From: Octopus vulgaris
Taxonomy: Eukaryota
Length of the DNA stretch: 64,000 bases
Assembly: GCA_951406725.2 (NCBI GenBank)
Contig: OX597836.1
Span: 48,360,001 to 48,424,000, forward strand
Reading direction: 5' to 3'
Below are positions 38,701-49,179 of the stretch, piece after piece (the stretch's first letter is position 1; each line of letters starts with the position of its first letter). Below the pieces are notes generated by a model. That model was not told the origin of the DNA. It ran no database searches and saw only the letters and a list, made by a program, of their open reading frames with translations. The position numbers were made by a program, and so were the translations under genes.

Positions 38701-41696
38701 TCAAGTGATGTTGGGGGAACAAACACAGACACACAAACATATACATATATACGACAGGCTTCTTTCAGTTTCTGTCTACCAAATCCACTCACAAGGCTTT
38801 GGTCGGCCCGAGGCTATAGTAGAAGACAATTGCCCAAGGTGTCATGCAGTGGGACTGAACCATGAACCATGTGGTTGTTAAGCAAGCTACTTACCACACA
38901 ACCACTCCAGTGCCCTGTCTGTGTCTTGTTCCAATATCAATATTTTTCATCTCTTTCTCATTTATTAAATCAACATTGGTGTAAAGCTGGTAAGCCATAA
39001 CAGACTAGACATCACTTTATATGAAAGATAAACCCTAACCTGGACCCCTTACAAAAACAGAAGCTAAAAGGAAAAAAGGGAGAGAAAGAAGTACAGATAA
39101 AGGATAGTTACAGGTTTTTGTTGTTAAATATTTTTCTATCCTCCATAAACTGGACGGATCTTGTTTATCCCATTAACAGCTTTTATAGCCTTTTTAAAAT
39201 ATCTTCTCTCTTAGAATGGTAATTTTCAAGTCATCATCATCATCGTTTAACGTCCGTTTTCCGCGCTAGCACGGGTTGGACGGTTCGACCGGGGTCTGGG
39301 AAGCCAGGGGCTGCACCAGGCTCCAGTCTGATCTGGCAGTGTTTCTACAGCTGGATGCCCTTCCTAACACCAACCACTCCGCGAGTGTAGTGGGTGCTTT
39401 TTACGTGCCACCTGCACAGGTGCAAGGGGGGTCCAGCATCAGCCACAATCAGTTGGAGCTTTTAACGTGCCACCGGCATGGAAGCCAGCCAAGGCGGCGC
39501 TGGCAACGGCCACGTTCGGATGGTGCTTTTTCAAGTAGGAACAAATAATACCATAAGATTTCTGAAGAGTCTCCACAGATATATAAAGGTGATTCCATAC
39601 AACCTACTTGGGATAGAATACAGCTGAAAAGAATCTGACCAGTTAGAAGCCAACAGAGTCTTTGTTAACCATGTTTAATGCCTGGTAGCTTTTATACATG
39701 AATAGATCTGGATGAGATAAGCTGGGATTAAAGCTTGATTGTTTATCTCTTGATTCTTCTCAATATTTTCACCACTTTTCATTTATTATACTGTTACTGA
39801 ATGTTTTAAGATGCAAAAGATTCAGAATAAAGTCTAAACTTTTTCTGCTCCATCTGCTTTTACTTTTCTTTCTATGATCAGCTTTCCAAATCACCGACAC
39901 TTGTTTATTATTTCCCACTAAATAATGAACACTTTTAAGGAGAATCATCATCGTTAAACGTCTGTTTTCCATGCTAGCATGGGTTGGACGGTTCGACCGG
40001 GGTCTGGGAAGCCAGGAGGCTGCACCAGGCTCCAGTCGGGTCTTGCAGTGTTTCTACAGCTGGATGCCCTTCCTAATGCCAACCACTCTGTGAATATAGT
40101 GGGTGCCTTTTACGTGCCACCAGCACAGGTGCCAGTGAGGCTGGTAAACAGCCATGATCGGTTGGTGATTTTTACATGTCACCAACACAGACGCCAGCCA
40201 GGCGGTGCTGGCATCAGCCATGTTCGGATGGTACTTTTTATGTGCCACCAGCACGGGTATCTTAACTACAATTTCCACTTGATTTTTATTTTGATGTTGA
40301 TATACGACTCAATAGGTCTCCTCAGGCATAGCGGGTCACCCTACAATCTAAGGTTAGCACAGCAGGCCGTCCTGTGAACCATGAATTCACTTCATTTGTT
40401 AGGTTTTCGCAGTCACAGCATATCTCAGAGGTCTTGGTCTTTTGTCATAGCCTCTGTGAGGCCCAATGTTCCACCGGCACGGGTATCACAACTACAATAT
40501 CCATTTGATTTTGATTTTGATGTTGATATACGACTCAATAGGTCTCCTCAAGCACAGCAGCTCACCCTACGATCCAAGGTTAGCACAGCAGGCCGTCCTG
40601 TGAACCATGAATTCACTTCATTTGTCGGCTCTTCGAAGTCACAGTGTATCTCCAGAGGTCTCAGTCTTTTGTCATAGCCTCTGTGAGGCCCAAGGTATGA
40701 AGGTCATGCTTGACCACCTCATCCCATGTCTTCCTGGGTCTACCTCTACCCCGGATTCTTTCAACAGTTTGGGTGTGGCACTTCTTCACCCATCTCTCCT
40801 CATCCATCCATAGTGCATGACCATACCAATGCAAACGTCTCTCCTGCACACCACATCCGATGCTTCTTATGTCCAACATTTCTCTCAGGGCACTTACACT
40901 CTGTCGTGCATGGACACTGACATTTCACATCCAGCGGATCATGCTAGCTTCATTTGGAGAATATTCTCAATATTTTAAAAATACAACCTCTTTTCCTTGA
41001 TTGAAATAATTCCATATTCAATAAACAATCAGTAAATAGAAAACCTTTTTACTAAAGCATTTCTTTGGTAGAATCTAAAGATGCGATTCCACCCTCCCTC
41101 CCTCCACACACACACCCTGCATCGTATCTGAACCTCTTCGGACTCCCCTGTCTAAATGAAACCCATCTGCACAAACGACCCACTTGTTTTAACAGCTTTA
41201 CTTCTTTTGAATTTTTTGTTGCTATATTTTTGGTTATTTTGAAGGATTTTAGTTGTTCCAGATATATGGGGGCAATCAAATACCATACTGCTTTCTTCTT
41301 TTGTTCAAGCTAAAAGTAATTAGCGATTTAGGCTTCGTAGATTCTTCTATTAATAAATGAATAGGGGTTGATAGTGTTTCATGAAACATGTCTATTTGGC
41401 AGGGGAGAAGGTCTAAAGACACCTACTAATATCGTTTTCCCTATTTAAGGATCCTATCTCCTCCCCCATTTTCAGCTGCCAGTCAAAAACTGAATGTTGA
41501 TAACTCTCATATACAATCTCAAGAGTTTATAATTTAGATAGTCTTATAATTAACCTTAATAGCCTGTCACCTGATGGTCAGTTTCTTTTTGTAAAAAAAT
41601 AACAAAAAACAAACATTAGATAAGTAACATGTAAATCGGATTGCAACCAATTACTGACAATATCTCTCTATCTATCTCCATCTATCTATCTCTCTG

Positions 41697-41751
<55 letters not shown>

Positions 41752-41784
41752 GTCTATCTCTCTATCTATCTATCTATCTCTCTG

Positions 41785-41835
<51 letters not shown>

Positions 41836-43671
41836 GTCTATCTCTCTGTCTATCTATCTCCATATCTATCTTTATTGTTGTGTTAACAGTTTGGTTAATT
41901 ATCGTATTTGATAGCATTAAAGACGTACGGGCATAATAAACACATCCCAATTTCTGTAGCACATATCCGGGAAATTAAATGTTTTTTTAATGCATTCAAG
42001 TATACGGAAGGCTCAACTTGGCATATAGGAGCCGGGGTGGCTTTCTGAACCACGACTCTTTTTTTTTTTAAGTGCGTCGTATATACCATAATATCCAATA
42101 TCTGTATTTCCTTACACTGAGCTACGGGAATGGATCAAGGGTGTTTTAGAAGGATAAAACGTTGACCATTTCCGTTGGCACATTTAATTTACAGTTGATC
42201 GAGTTAACACAAAGGTGGACAGAATCGCCAGAGTCGGGAAGAAAATGCCTTGTGGTATTTGTTAAGACTCTTTGCGTACAAAAGATCAAATCCCGTCGAG
42301 GTCAATTTTGCCTTTCATCCCTTCGGGATCGATAAAATAAAACACCATTCAAATGCCAGGATCGATATAACCGACTCTCCACCGTCAGAATCGTTAGCCT
42401 TGAGTCTAAATCGGGAAAAAGGTTATTATTTGGGATATTAGACGAAAAATATGTCAACAGCAAAATCTGGCACTTTCAGAATGATTTCATTTAAAGAATT
42501 AAAGAAGTTTATTGTATAAAATAGGAAGAGAAAGAGTGAAAGTAGGGAGTCTTTGGGTTTGGTTTTTATCAAAACGAAGAATCAATCTGGAATTGGCAGG
42601 AAATATTCCAAGTGAAAGGAAAAAAATTAAAATTATAAAGAATTAAACTTTTCTTTTTACATGCTGGATGTTGTTTAAAAGAGTTATTTAAAGACAGGCA
42701 ACAAAAACTGCCGAAATTCGTTTTAATTTGAGCGAAAATGGTTCTTGTACGAAGTAATTGCTTACATTGTCAAAATTACGGTGAAGAAGAAGAAGTGGAA
42801 GAAGAAGAAGCTTGGAGGAGATTTACGAAGAAGAATATTGTGAGCTGAACGTCGACAGATGAAAGAGCAAACATTAAATTGTCCAATTTGGTGTTGTGTG
42901 GCATCAAATATATGAAGAAAGAACATTTAGAATATGGGAGTAAAAGACCTTTAAAAGTCAGATCGTGTGTGTAAGTGTAGAGAGAGGGAAAAGGTGAGAA
43001 AGGGAGTGATAATGAAAGTGTAGACATCGACTGGAAGTTCACTATTTATTAAAAAGACCAGAACTAAATCCACAAAACCTGTCCATTTAATGACAATATT
43101 GCCTCATTCGTTGCAGGGATTTATGATTTTTATTTAAATTCATTACATAATCTTTTAGTTTGAGGAAACAGAGCACTAAATGTTGATATTGTATCGTTAT
43201 CTAATTATTTATCTATTAAACTCGACTCCAGACACAAAAATAAAGAGAAAAACCGAATCAGGCGACGAAGGAGGCGGACTGGGAAAGTGGTCGCTTAAAA
43301 TGCGAGAAATAGCAGCCAAATCTACAAACTCCGACACCCAATCAACTTTTGGGAAAACGGAATGGTTAATGTAATTCTAGATATAATGTGTGTAAATAAA
43401 GGTTAGAATAGCCATGGATGAAACACCTTTCGTTAGTTAACTCCTGCAGAATCGGAGAAAATCTGTGTCGAAACAAGATTAAGAGGAAGCAAAGCTGAAT
43501 TACAAAGATAAACATTCAAAGCCACACAGACACACAGACTTATATATATATATATAATCTTTGCTCGTATTCTCACCTGGTCCAGTATTTCCCTGGCGAA
43601 AGCCTCTCATCGTCTGCTCGAATAAGAACCCGACATATTCGATCGTCATCTCGCTTGGAATTTTGCGCCAT
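13711..43671 (-). CDS. SLC17A9: SLC17A9 / VNUT vesicular nucleotide transporter (MFS, SLC17 family); 12 coding exons, 449 aa
   Basis: Exons 43577-43671, 32623-32749, 28996-29215, 27179-27278, 24821-24894, 23304-23475, 20598-20694, 18504-18591, 17857-17891, 15989-16160, 14279-14308, 13711-13850. All introns are GT-AG with consistent phases, total 1350 nt. Motifs: [98 protein letters not shown]. Confidence 0.95.
14279..14308 (-). CDS. SLC17A9: SLC17A9 coding exon 11 (30 nt)
   Basis: (G)IMNMAGAIP(G); tttcag acceptor, gtagga donor. Confidence 0.92.
14345..15205 (-). mobile_element. CR1-type LINE 3' end, interrupted by an RTE-tail insertion (about 14456-14707)
   Basis: HKIINH...[10 protein letters not shown]...[19 protein letters not shown]; (TTA)n tail at about 14350; homologous to the + copy at 10785-11046. 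Confidence 0.85.
15989..16160 (-). CDS. SLC17A9: SLC17A9 coding exon 10
   Basis: [57 protein letters not shown](G); ttttgcag acceptor, gtaggt donor. Confidence 0.95.
16654..17494 (+). mobile_element. 5'-truncated RTE-clade (BovB-like) LINE with 12-bp TSD
   Basis: Translates FTYLGS...[16 protein letters not shown]...[21 protein letters not shown]...[11 protein letters not shown]...[15 protein letters not shown]. Short 3' UTR with (ATT)n tail. TACTTTTGCAGA at 16642-16653 and 17495-17506. Confidence 0.93.
17857..17891 (-). CDS. SLC17A9: SLC17A9 coding exon 9 (35 nt)
   Basis: (G)[11 protein letters not shown]; catcag acceptor, gtaagt donor; bridges phase 1 to phase 0. Confidence 0.9.
18504..18591 (-). 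CDS. SLC17A9: SLC17A9 coding exon 8
   Basis: [29 protein letters not shown](G); ttgttctag acceptor, gtaagt donor. Confidence 0.95.
19259..19618 (+). mobile_element. tRNA-derived SINE, family A
   Basis: Near-consensus copy with an internal deletion. Confidence 0.9.
20598..20694 (-). CDS. SLC17A9: SLC17A9 coding exon 7
   Basis: (W)[32 protein letters not shown]; ttttcag acceptor, gtaaaa donor. Confidence 0.95.
20960..21335 (-). mobile_element. Degraded Chapaev3-like DNA transposase fossil
   Basis: Minus-strand remnants G.MKN, SDAKVK, LDSH and NLGALSD resemble LGLMKNF...SDAKIKEG...HFLHSHLDFFP.NLGAVSDEHGERFH. Confidence 0.55.
21888..22292 (+). mobile_element. tRNA-derived SINE, family A (full length)
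   Basis: Near-consensus copy retaining CpGs, with an (AAGAGT)n-like tail. Confidence 0.9.
23304..23475 (-). CDS. SLC17A9: SLC17A9 coding exon 6
   Basis: (G)[56 protein letters not shown](W); canonical splice sites. Confidence 0.93.
24821..24894 (-). CDS. SLC17A9: SLC17A9 coding exon 5
   Basis: (G)[24 protein letters not shown](G); ttctag acceptor, gtgagt donor. Confidence 0.94.
25856..26222 (+). mobile_element. tRNA-derived SINE, family A
   Basis: Full-length copy. Confidence 0.88.
27179..27278 (-). CDS. SLC17A9: SLC17A9 coding exon 4
   Basis: (G)[32 protein letters not shown](G); ttcttaag acceptor, gtaagt donor. Confidence 0.94.
27372..27690 (-). mobile_element. RTE 3'-UTR fragment
   Basis: (CAT)n then TCCATGCTGGCATGGGTTGGACGG...GAATGCCCTTCCTAA; related copies at about 8590-8765(+), 28000-28206(+), 36427-36670(-), 39232-39530(-), 44975-45450(-), 59515-59800(-). 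Confidence 0.8.
28996..29215 (-). CDS. SLC17A9: SLC17A9 coding exon 3
   Basis: [73 protein letters not shown](G); canonical splice sites. Confidence 0.96.
30448..30702. mobile_element. hAT (Charlie-like) MITE
   Basis: Ends CAGCGATTCTCAAC ... GTTGAGTACCACTG; TSD not recognisable. Confidence 0.7.
30735..30902. mobile_element. Tc1/pogo-like MITE remnant
   Basis: Repeated GGTGCAnnTTATACACG subterminal motifs ending in ...ATGGTA. Confidence 0.4.
32071..32438. mobile_element. AT-rich MITE-like element
   Basis: About 20-bp imperfect inverted repeats AACCTGGAAAAAAACATGGA / TCCTGTACTTTTCCAGGTT. Confidence 0.5.
32623..32749 (-). CDS. SLC17A9: SLC17A9 coding exon 2
   Basis: (R)[42 protein letters not shown]; ttttgacag acceptor, gtaagt donor. 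Confidence 0.95.
36088..36314 (+). mobile_element. tRNA-derived SINE, family B
   Basis: Same head and core as 1149-1363. Confidence 0.85.
36889..37526 (+). mobile_element. 5'-truncated RTE-clade LINE nested in a SINE
   Basis: Uninterrupted roughly 200-codon C-terminal ORF ([16 protein letters not shown]...[27 protein letters not shown]). (CAT)n tail; AATGGT at 36883-36888 and 37527-37532. Confidence 0.92.
38531..38910 (-). mobile_element. tRNA-derived SINE, family A
   Basis: Full-length reverse copy. Confidence 0.88.
39944..40955 (-). mobile_element. RTE LINE 3' end (ORF C-terminus plus 3' UTR, internal tandem duplication)
   Basis: [10 protein letters not shown]...[17 protein letters not shown]; the 3' UTR ends in (GAT)n and matches the many short dispersed copies. 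Confidence 0.88.
41660..41870. repeat. (TCTA)n microsatellite
   Basis: Direct reading. Confidence 0.95.
43577..43671 (-). CDS. SLC17A9: SLC17A9 coding exon 1
   Basis: ATG at 43671; [31 protein letters not shown](R); donor AG|gtgag; phase 2 matches exon 2; lies in a CpG-retaining region. Confidence 0.85.
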
Positions 43672-43893
43672 GTTTAGACGCCATAGAGCTGTTCCAGGCA
43701 AAGGTGAAAGTGACAACTCCCCCAACTAATGGTAACAGCCTGCTTTGTCAGTCATTTGAGATTTGCTCAACAGGTTATATATGCACACACACACACACTC
43801 ACACACACACACGCGCGCGTGCACACAGACACACACACACGTATGTATGTATGTATGGGTGTATGTATGTATGTATGTATCATATATATGTAA

Positions 43894-44189
43894 ATAAATA
43901 AAAACCACAGATGGATAAAGTGTCAATCCACTACAGCTGTTTCCAACAAGTTTTTAATTGATTAATGAAGCCATAATTAGAAAAAAAACCGTTTTCATTG
44001 AGTGAATACACGAACCACAATTGAAAAGCCAACAGAATCACCAAGTTGTTGGCTTTTGCATGTTGTAATCCATGAACTCACCTGATGAAAACGGGTTTTT
44101 CTAATAGTGTAATGTCTCCATTAATCAATTAAAAATTCGTTGGAAACAGCTGTAGTGGACTGACACATTATCCATCTGCTGTTATTTAT
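43894..44189. repeat. About 300-bp imperfect palindrome of two inverted hammerhead-like units
   Basis: Arms CAGATGGATAAAGTGTCAATCCACTACAGCTGTTTCCAAC... and ...GTTGGAAACAGCTGTAGTGGACTGACACATTATCCATCTG; centre AAAAGCCAACA-gaatcaccaagt-TGTTGGCTTTT. Confidence 0.9.
44076..44160 (+). ncRNA. Type I hammerhead ribozyme-like motif (possibly degenerate)
   Basis: Stem I TCAC; CTGATGA 44082-44088; stem II AACGGGTTTTT/AAAAATTCGTT; GAAA 44143-44146; palindromic stem III AC-AGCT-GT; GTA cleavage triplet 44152-44154; stem I' GTGG. Confidence 0.55.
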
Positions 44190-44461
44190 CTGTCCTTCGC
44201 ATCCCTTGGAACCTGCTACTTGTGTAGATCCGAAGTATATTATGAATCGAACATTTAGTCCAATGTGCATTTCTTGATTACTCTCAAGGCTATTCATACA
44301 CTCAGTTGGTTACAGTTAGCCATATACATAACCTCAATATGTCTGCCTGTACTTTGATACCCGCGTATGTATTCCTCTTTTCATTGTGTACACATTTTAC
44401 TTTTCGACCTGATCCGGTGCCTTATCGTTTAGGGGCCTGATTCACTTGAATCTTGATCGAT

Positions 44462-44498
<37 letters not shown>

Positions 44499-44521
44499 TC
44501 TCTTTACTTGAATCTTGATCG

Positions 44522-44561
<40 letters not shown>

Positions 44562-44562
<1 letters not shown>

Positions 44563-44956
44563 TCTCTTTACTTGTTTCAGTCATTTGACTATGGCTATGC
44601 TGGAGCACCGCCTTTAATCAAGCAACTCGACCCCGGGACTTATTCTTTGTAAGCCCAGTACTTATTCTATCGGTCTCTTTTGCCAAACCGCTAAGTGACA
44701 GGGGACATAAACACACCAGCATCGGTTGTCAAGCAATGCTAGGGGGACAAACACAAATATACACGCACACATACATATACACATGTATACATATATACGA
44801 CGGGCTTCTTTCAGTTTCCGTCTACCAAATCCACTCACAAGGCTTTGGTCGGCCCGAGGCTATAGCAGAAGATACTTGCCCAAGGTGTCACAGTGGGACT
44901 GAACCTGGAACCATGTGGTTGGTAAACAAGCTACTTACCACACGGCCACTCCTGCA
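44562..44956 (-). mobile_element. tRNA-derived SINE, family A
   Basis: Full-length reverse copy. Confidence 0.88.
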
Positions 44957-45599
44957 TACATATATATATATATATACATCATCATTGTCATCATGTGTCT
45001 GTTGTCCATGCTGGCATGGGTTGGATGGTTTGACCAGGGCTGGTAAACTGAGGGGCTGCACCAGACATCAGTCTGGTTTGGCACGGTTTCCATGGTTGGA
45101 TGCTCTTCCTAATGCCAACCACTCCAAGAGTGTAATGGGTGCTTTTATGTACCATCGGCACGGGTACCTGTTGTGTGACAGCAGTATCTGCCAAGACTGT
45201 AATTTCACCTGGCTCAATGAGACTTCTTCTCAAGCAGAGTATATTGCCAAAGGTCTCGTTTGTTTGTCATTGCCTCTATGAGGTCCAACACTCGAAAGAT
45301 GCTTTTTACTTGTTACTGGCGGCACAGGTGTCATATTGCCTCTGTCATATTGCTTGACAGGTGCTTTTTATGTCCCACTGGCATGGGTGCCAGTTGCCTC
45401 CATGAGGCCCAACACTCAAAAGGTGCTTTTTATGTGCCAGTCATGTGACACCATATATATATTTTTTTTTTCAGGTGTGAAAGCAAAGCCTGGAATCAAA
45501 GGGCCTAAAAGTTAATTTAAAAGAAGCCAAAGTCTTAGTAAGTAGGAAAGCAGACAAATCACAAATCTGTTTGGGTAGATGACCCTGCTCGAGATGTAG

Positions 45600-46470
45600 G
45601 AAAGGCATAGGTAGAAATTCCATAAGGCGTACCTAGTGCAAGCTATGGACACATAAAAAGAAGGTTAACAGGGAAAATGGTGTTTGTGTGGCAGATGCAC
45701 AAGGACAACGGCCAATAGAAATGTACAGAAAACAGACTCTATGAAATGCTTGTGGAGTGGGATGGCTAAAAGTAGTTGATAGGTTTTGTTACCTAGGCAA
45801 CCAAGTCAGCAATGGAGGTGGATGTTCTGAGAGCTGCTAGAATAAGAATAAGCTGGGCAAAGTTCAGAAACCTTCTAGTTTTGTTGGTAAGAAAGGGCCT
45901 CTCCCTCAGAGGGAAAGGCAGATTGAATGATGCCTGTGTGTGAACAGCCAAGCTACATGGCAGTGAAACATGGGCTGTGACTGCAGAGAACAGGCAAAGG
46001 GTTGAAAGAAATTAATCTCGAATGCTCCGCTGGATGTGCAATGTCAGTGTGGCTGGATGACAGGGTATAAGCATCTTGAGAGAAAAGTTGGGTATAAGAA
46101 GCAAGCGAGGTGACTGCACTGGTATGGTCCTGTGATGCATATGGACGAGGACAGCTCAGTGAAGAAGTGCCAATCTCTAACTGTGGAGGGAATCTGTGGA
46201 AGGGGCAAACCCAGGAAGACATGGGATGAGGTTGTAAAGCATGATCTTTGGATTTCATGGACTTTCACAGAAGTGATGACAAGCGATTGTGATCTTTGGC
46301 AATTTGCTGGAGAAGACCTGTGAAGCCAGGTGAAATCATTGTCACAGCCAGTGCTGGAGACACATAAAAGCACCCATGCCAGGGACAGGTAAAAGGCACC
46401 TGCTACACTTTTGAAGTGGTTGGTGTTAGGAAGGGGATCCAACTGTTAAAATCATACCAAATCAGACTGT
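45600..46470 (+). mobile_element. Degraded RTE LINE fragment
   Basis: Remnants of VDRFCYLG, LHGSETW and [17 protein letters not shown] with stops and frameshifts. Confidence 0.82.
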
Positions 46471-47151
46471 TTGACAGGGCTGGCATGCTGCACCAGACTC
46501 CAGTCTCATTTGGTATGGCTTTCTACAGCTGGATGCCTTTCCTAATGCCAATCACTCCGAGAGTGAAATGGGTGCCATTTGCGTGAAACACTGGTGTCAG
46601 CCATGACTGCAATTTTACTTGGGGCTTGAAGGGTCTTCTCAAGCACGACATTTCATATATATATATATATCCCACCCATGCCAGCATGGAAGGCAGTTGT
46701 TAAACGATAATATTCTTTTATATTTATATAGATATATATTCTTATGGTCATTGTTTTAACATTCACTTTTCCATGCTGGCATGAGTCAGACAGAGTCTAT
46801 TGAGGGCAGATTTTCTCCAGCCGGATGCCCTTCCTGTCATAAACCCTCACCTGTTTCCAGTCAAAGTAATATTGCTCCCTGGCCAGAGATGTTCTTGCAG
46901 AATATTGGAAATGAAGGACATTGCCAGTATGACAGTGACAATCAGTTACAACTGTTACACACACACACACACATACACACAGAGCAGGCTTCTCTCAGTT
47001 TCCAGCTACTTCATTCATTCACAAGGTCGACCCAGGGTTATAGTTAAAAGCATTTGCCCAAGGTGGCATTTGGTGTGACTGAACCCAGATCCACATGATT
47101 GGGAAGCAAACATCTTACCACACAGCCAGACCTGCACCTATATAGGTAGGA

Positions 47152-47380
47152 AGGCGGCGAGCTGCAGAAACGTTAGCATGCCAGGCGAAATGCTTAGCAG
47201 TATTTCGTCTGTCGTTACGTTCTGAGTTCAAATTCCGCCGAGGTCGACTTTGCCTTTCATCCTTTCGGGGTCGATAAATGAAGTACCAGTTACGCACTGG
47301 GGTCGATGGAATCGACTTAATCGCTTTGTCTGTCCTTGTTTGTCCCCTCTATGTTTATCCCCTTGTGGGCAGTAAAGAAA
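47152..47380 (+). mobile_element. tRNA-derived SINE, family B (CpG-retaining copy)
   Basis: GGCGGCGAGCTGCAGAAACGTTAGC...GCCTTTCATCCTTTCGGGGTCGATAAATGAAGTACCAG. Confidence 0.88.
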
Positions 47381-49179
47381 TATATATAGATAGAGATTTA
47401 GCCTTGTGGGTGGATTTGGTGAACAAACTAGAAGGCCAGTGTGTGTGTGAAGGTCTTGCATGACAATTGTCAGCAAACGTCATTACACAAGCAGTGATGT
47501 TTGTTTGCTGTTCTGTGAAAATGTGTCTGGCCATGTAGAAAATATTACTTTGCTTAAAAACAGACAGAGTTAGGCCATAGGAAGGGCATCCAACCATAGA
47601 AAATGTACTTCAACAAATTTCATCCAATCCTTGCAAGTATAGAAAAGTAGATATCAAAACAATGACAATGGAAAATATACACACCTGGAATCCTTGTCAA
47701 AATGGATCCCTTAAAACAGAGTTTAGACAATGGCTTGTATTGTCTTCTTCAGCCATCTTTGAGTGTCCATGTTGTAGGATTGTGCCAGTTAGTGCTGTAC
47801 GACCCCATAAAAAATAAAATGCTCAGTTTTTCCTAAATATTGCATTCCATATAATAATTAAAACCCCCATTTTTTCTGACTTCTGTGATTGTGGCCTTTG
47901 TTCTGTGATAATGCACACCTGCACAGTTCCATGTATTGGGCATGATTGGGAAGTGACAGAAATAAGGGCCAAAGGCTCATGACTCACCCCCACTCCATCC
48001 AGTTGTCTTTTCTCTCTCTAATCCCCTACACACTTCTCTAATTAACCCCTTAACCCATCAACTATTCCAATTCATTTATCCCTTCCTTTCAGTCTCTTTA
48101 GTTTGCTACTTACACAAAACTTCATATTGGCAAGAGGTGTGTAAATTTATTAACAGAAAGTGATTCTCTTGAAAATAATTCTGTTCTTATGGTATCATAC
48201 CTTAATCTGGCCATAATTTGTTTTCACCTCTAATAATCCACCCTCAGACTGAGCCAAATCAAAGAAGTCTAAAGTTTGTAGGTTTATTTTATAGTAATAC
48301 TTCTGGCTCGACTAACAGATTCAGCATGGTGGCCCAGGTCACACTGAATTAGTCACCATAACTTGTGTTGCCTTATTAAAACTTATAAAAAGACGTTACG
48401 GGAATGGGGTTGTGAGAGCTACATTTTTTTTTTTCCAGAATGAGATTCGAAACTGAATCTAAGGATTCCTGCTCGCTTGCCCAATCCACCGCCATTCGTT
48501 GACTTGGGGTGAAAAATTTGTCCTGAGAAAGTGATGGATAGGTTTCCACTTTACCGCCATCTTGGGTTGTGTCACAGAAATTTAGGTCACTTGTCCATCT
48601 GAACAAAGTACAAACTACTATAGTATATCCATCCTTCTAGCTAGGATGACCACTATAAATACGGTTTCCTTAGACACAGCAAGCCAGATAGAAGACAACG
48701 AGCAGACAGACAACATTGTGATCGAGAGCCAGGTAGCAGGAGATGAGCAAGCAGTGACAGGTGACACAGGTGAGATAGGGAAACAACACAAGCAAATGAC
48801 AAATGCACACAGACACAAAATATGTCTCTGTACTATTTTGTCCTATCAGCATTCTCTTTCCTCCATTTGGTAACTTTATGTAGCGGCAGATTTGTTCACG
48901 TTTCCAAGCAAGGTTTCTGTATCCAACACGTAAATGCAACTGTTAATCAGACAGATTATGAAAATAGCATTCCTATTCTTTGTCATTTGCTTTCCTTTGA
49001 TGTCAGTCCAACACCCCTATCTTCATCTGCTACACTTGACAATGTACACTGACCCATCAACACCACCACATCTCACTACACATCCCACTACAGGGTGGGA
49101 GAGACAAGCATAATGCATTAAGAAGTATGGAAAAGAGATGTGGTTTGATTCACTGGAATAGGATATGTAAAGAAATTTA

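Noticed and set aside
48618-48680. ...ARRMDIL* as the EIF2B3 C-terminal exon
   Set aside because: The nearby acceptor gives the wrong phase for this frame; 50298-50362 has a better acceptor, the correct phase and a poly(A) signal.
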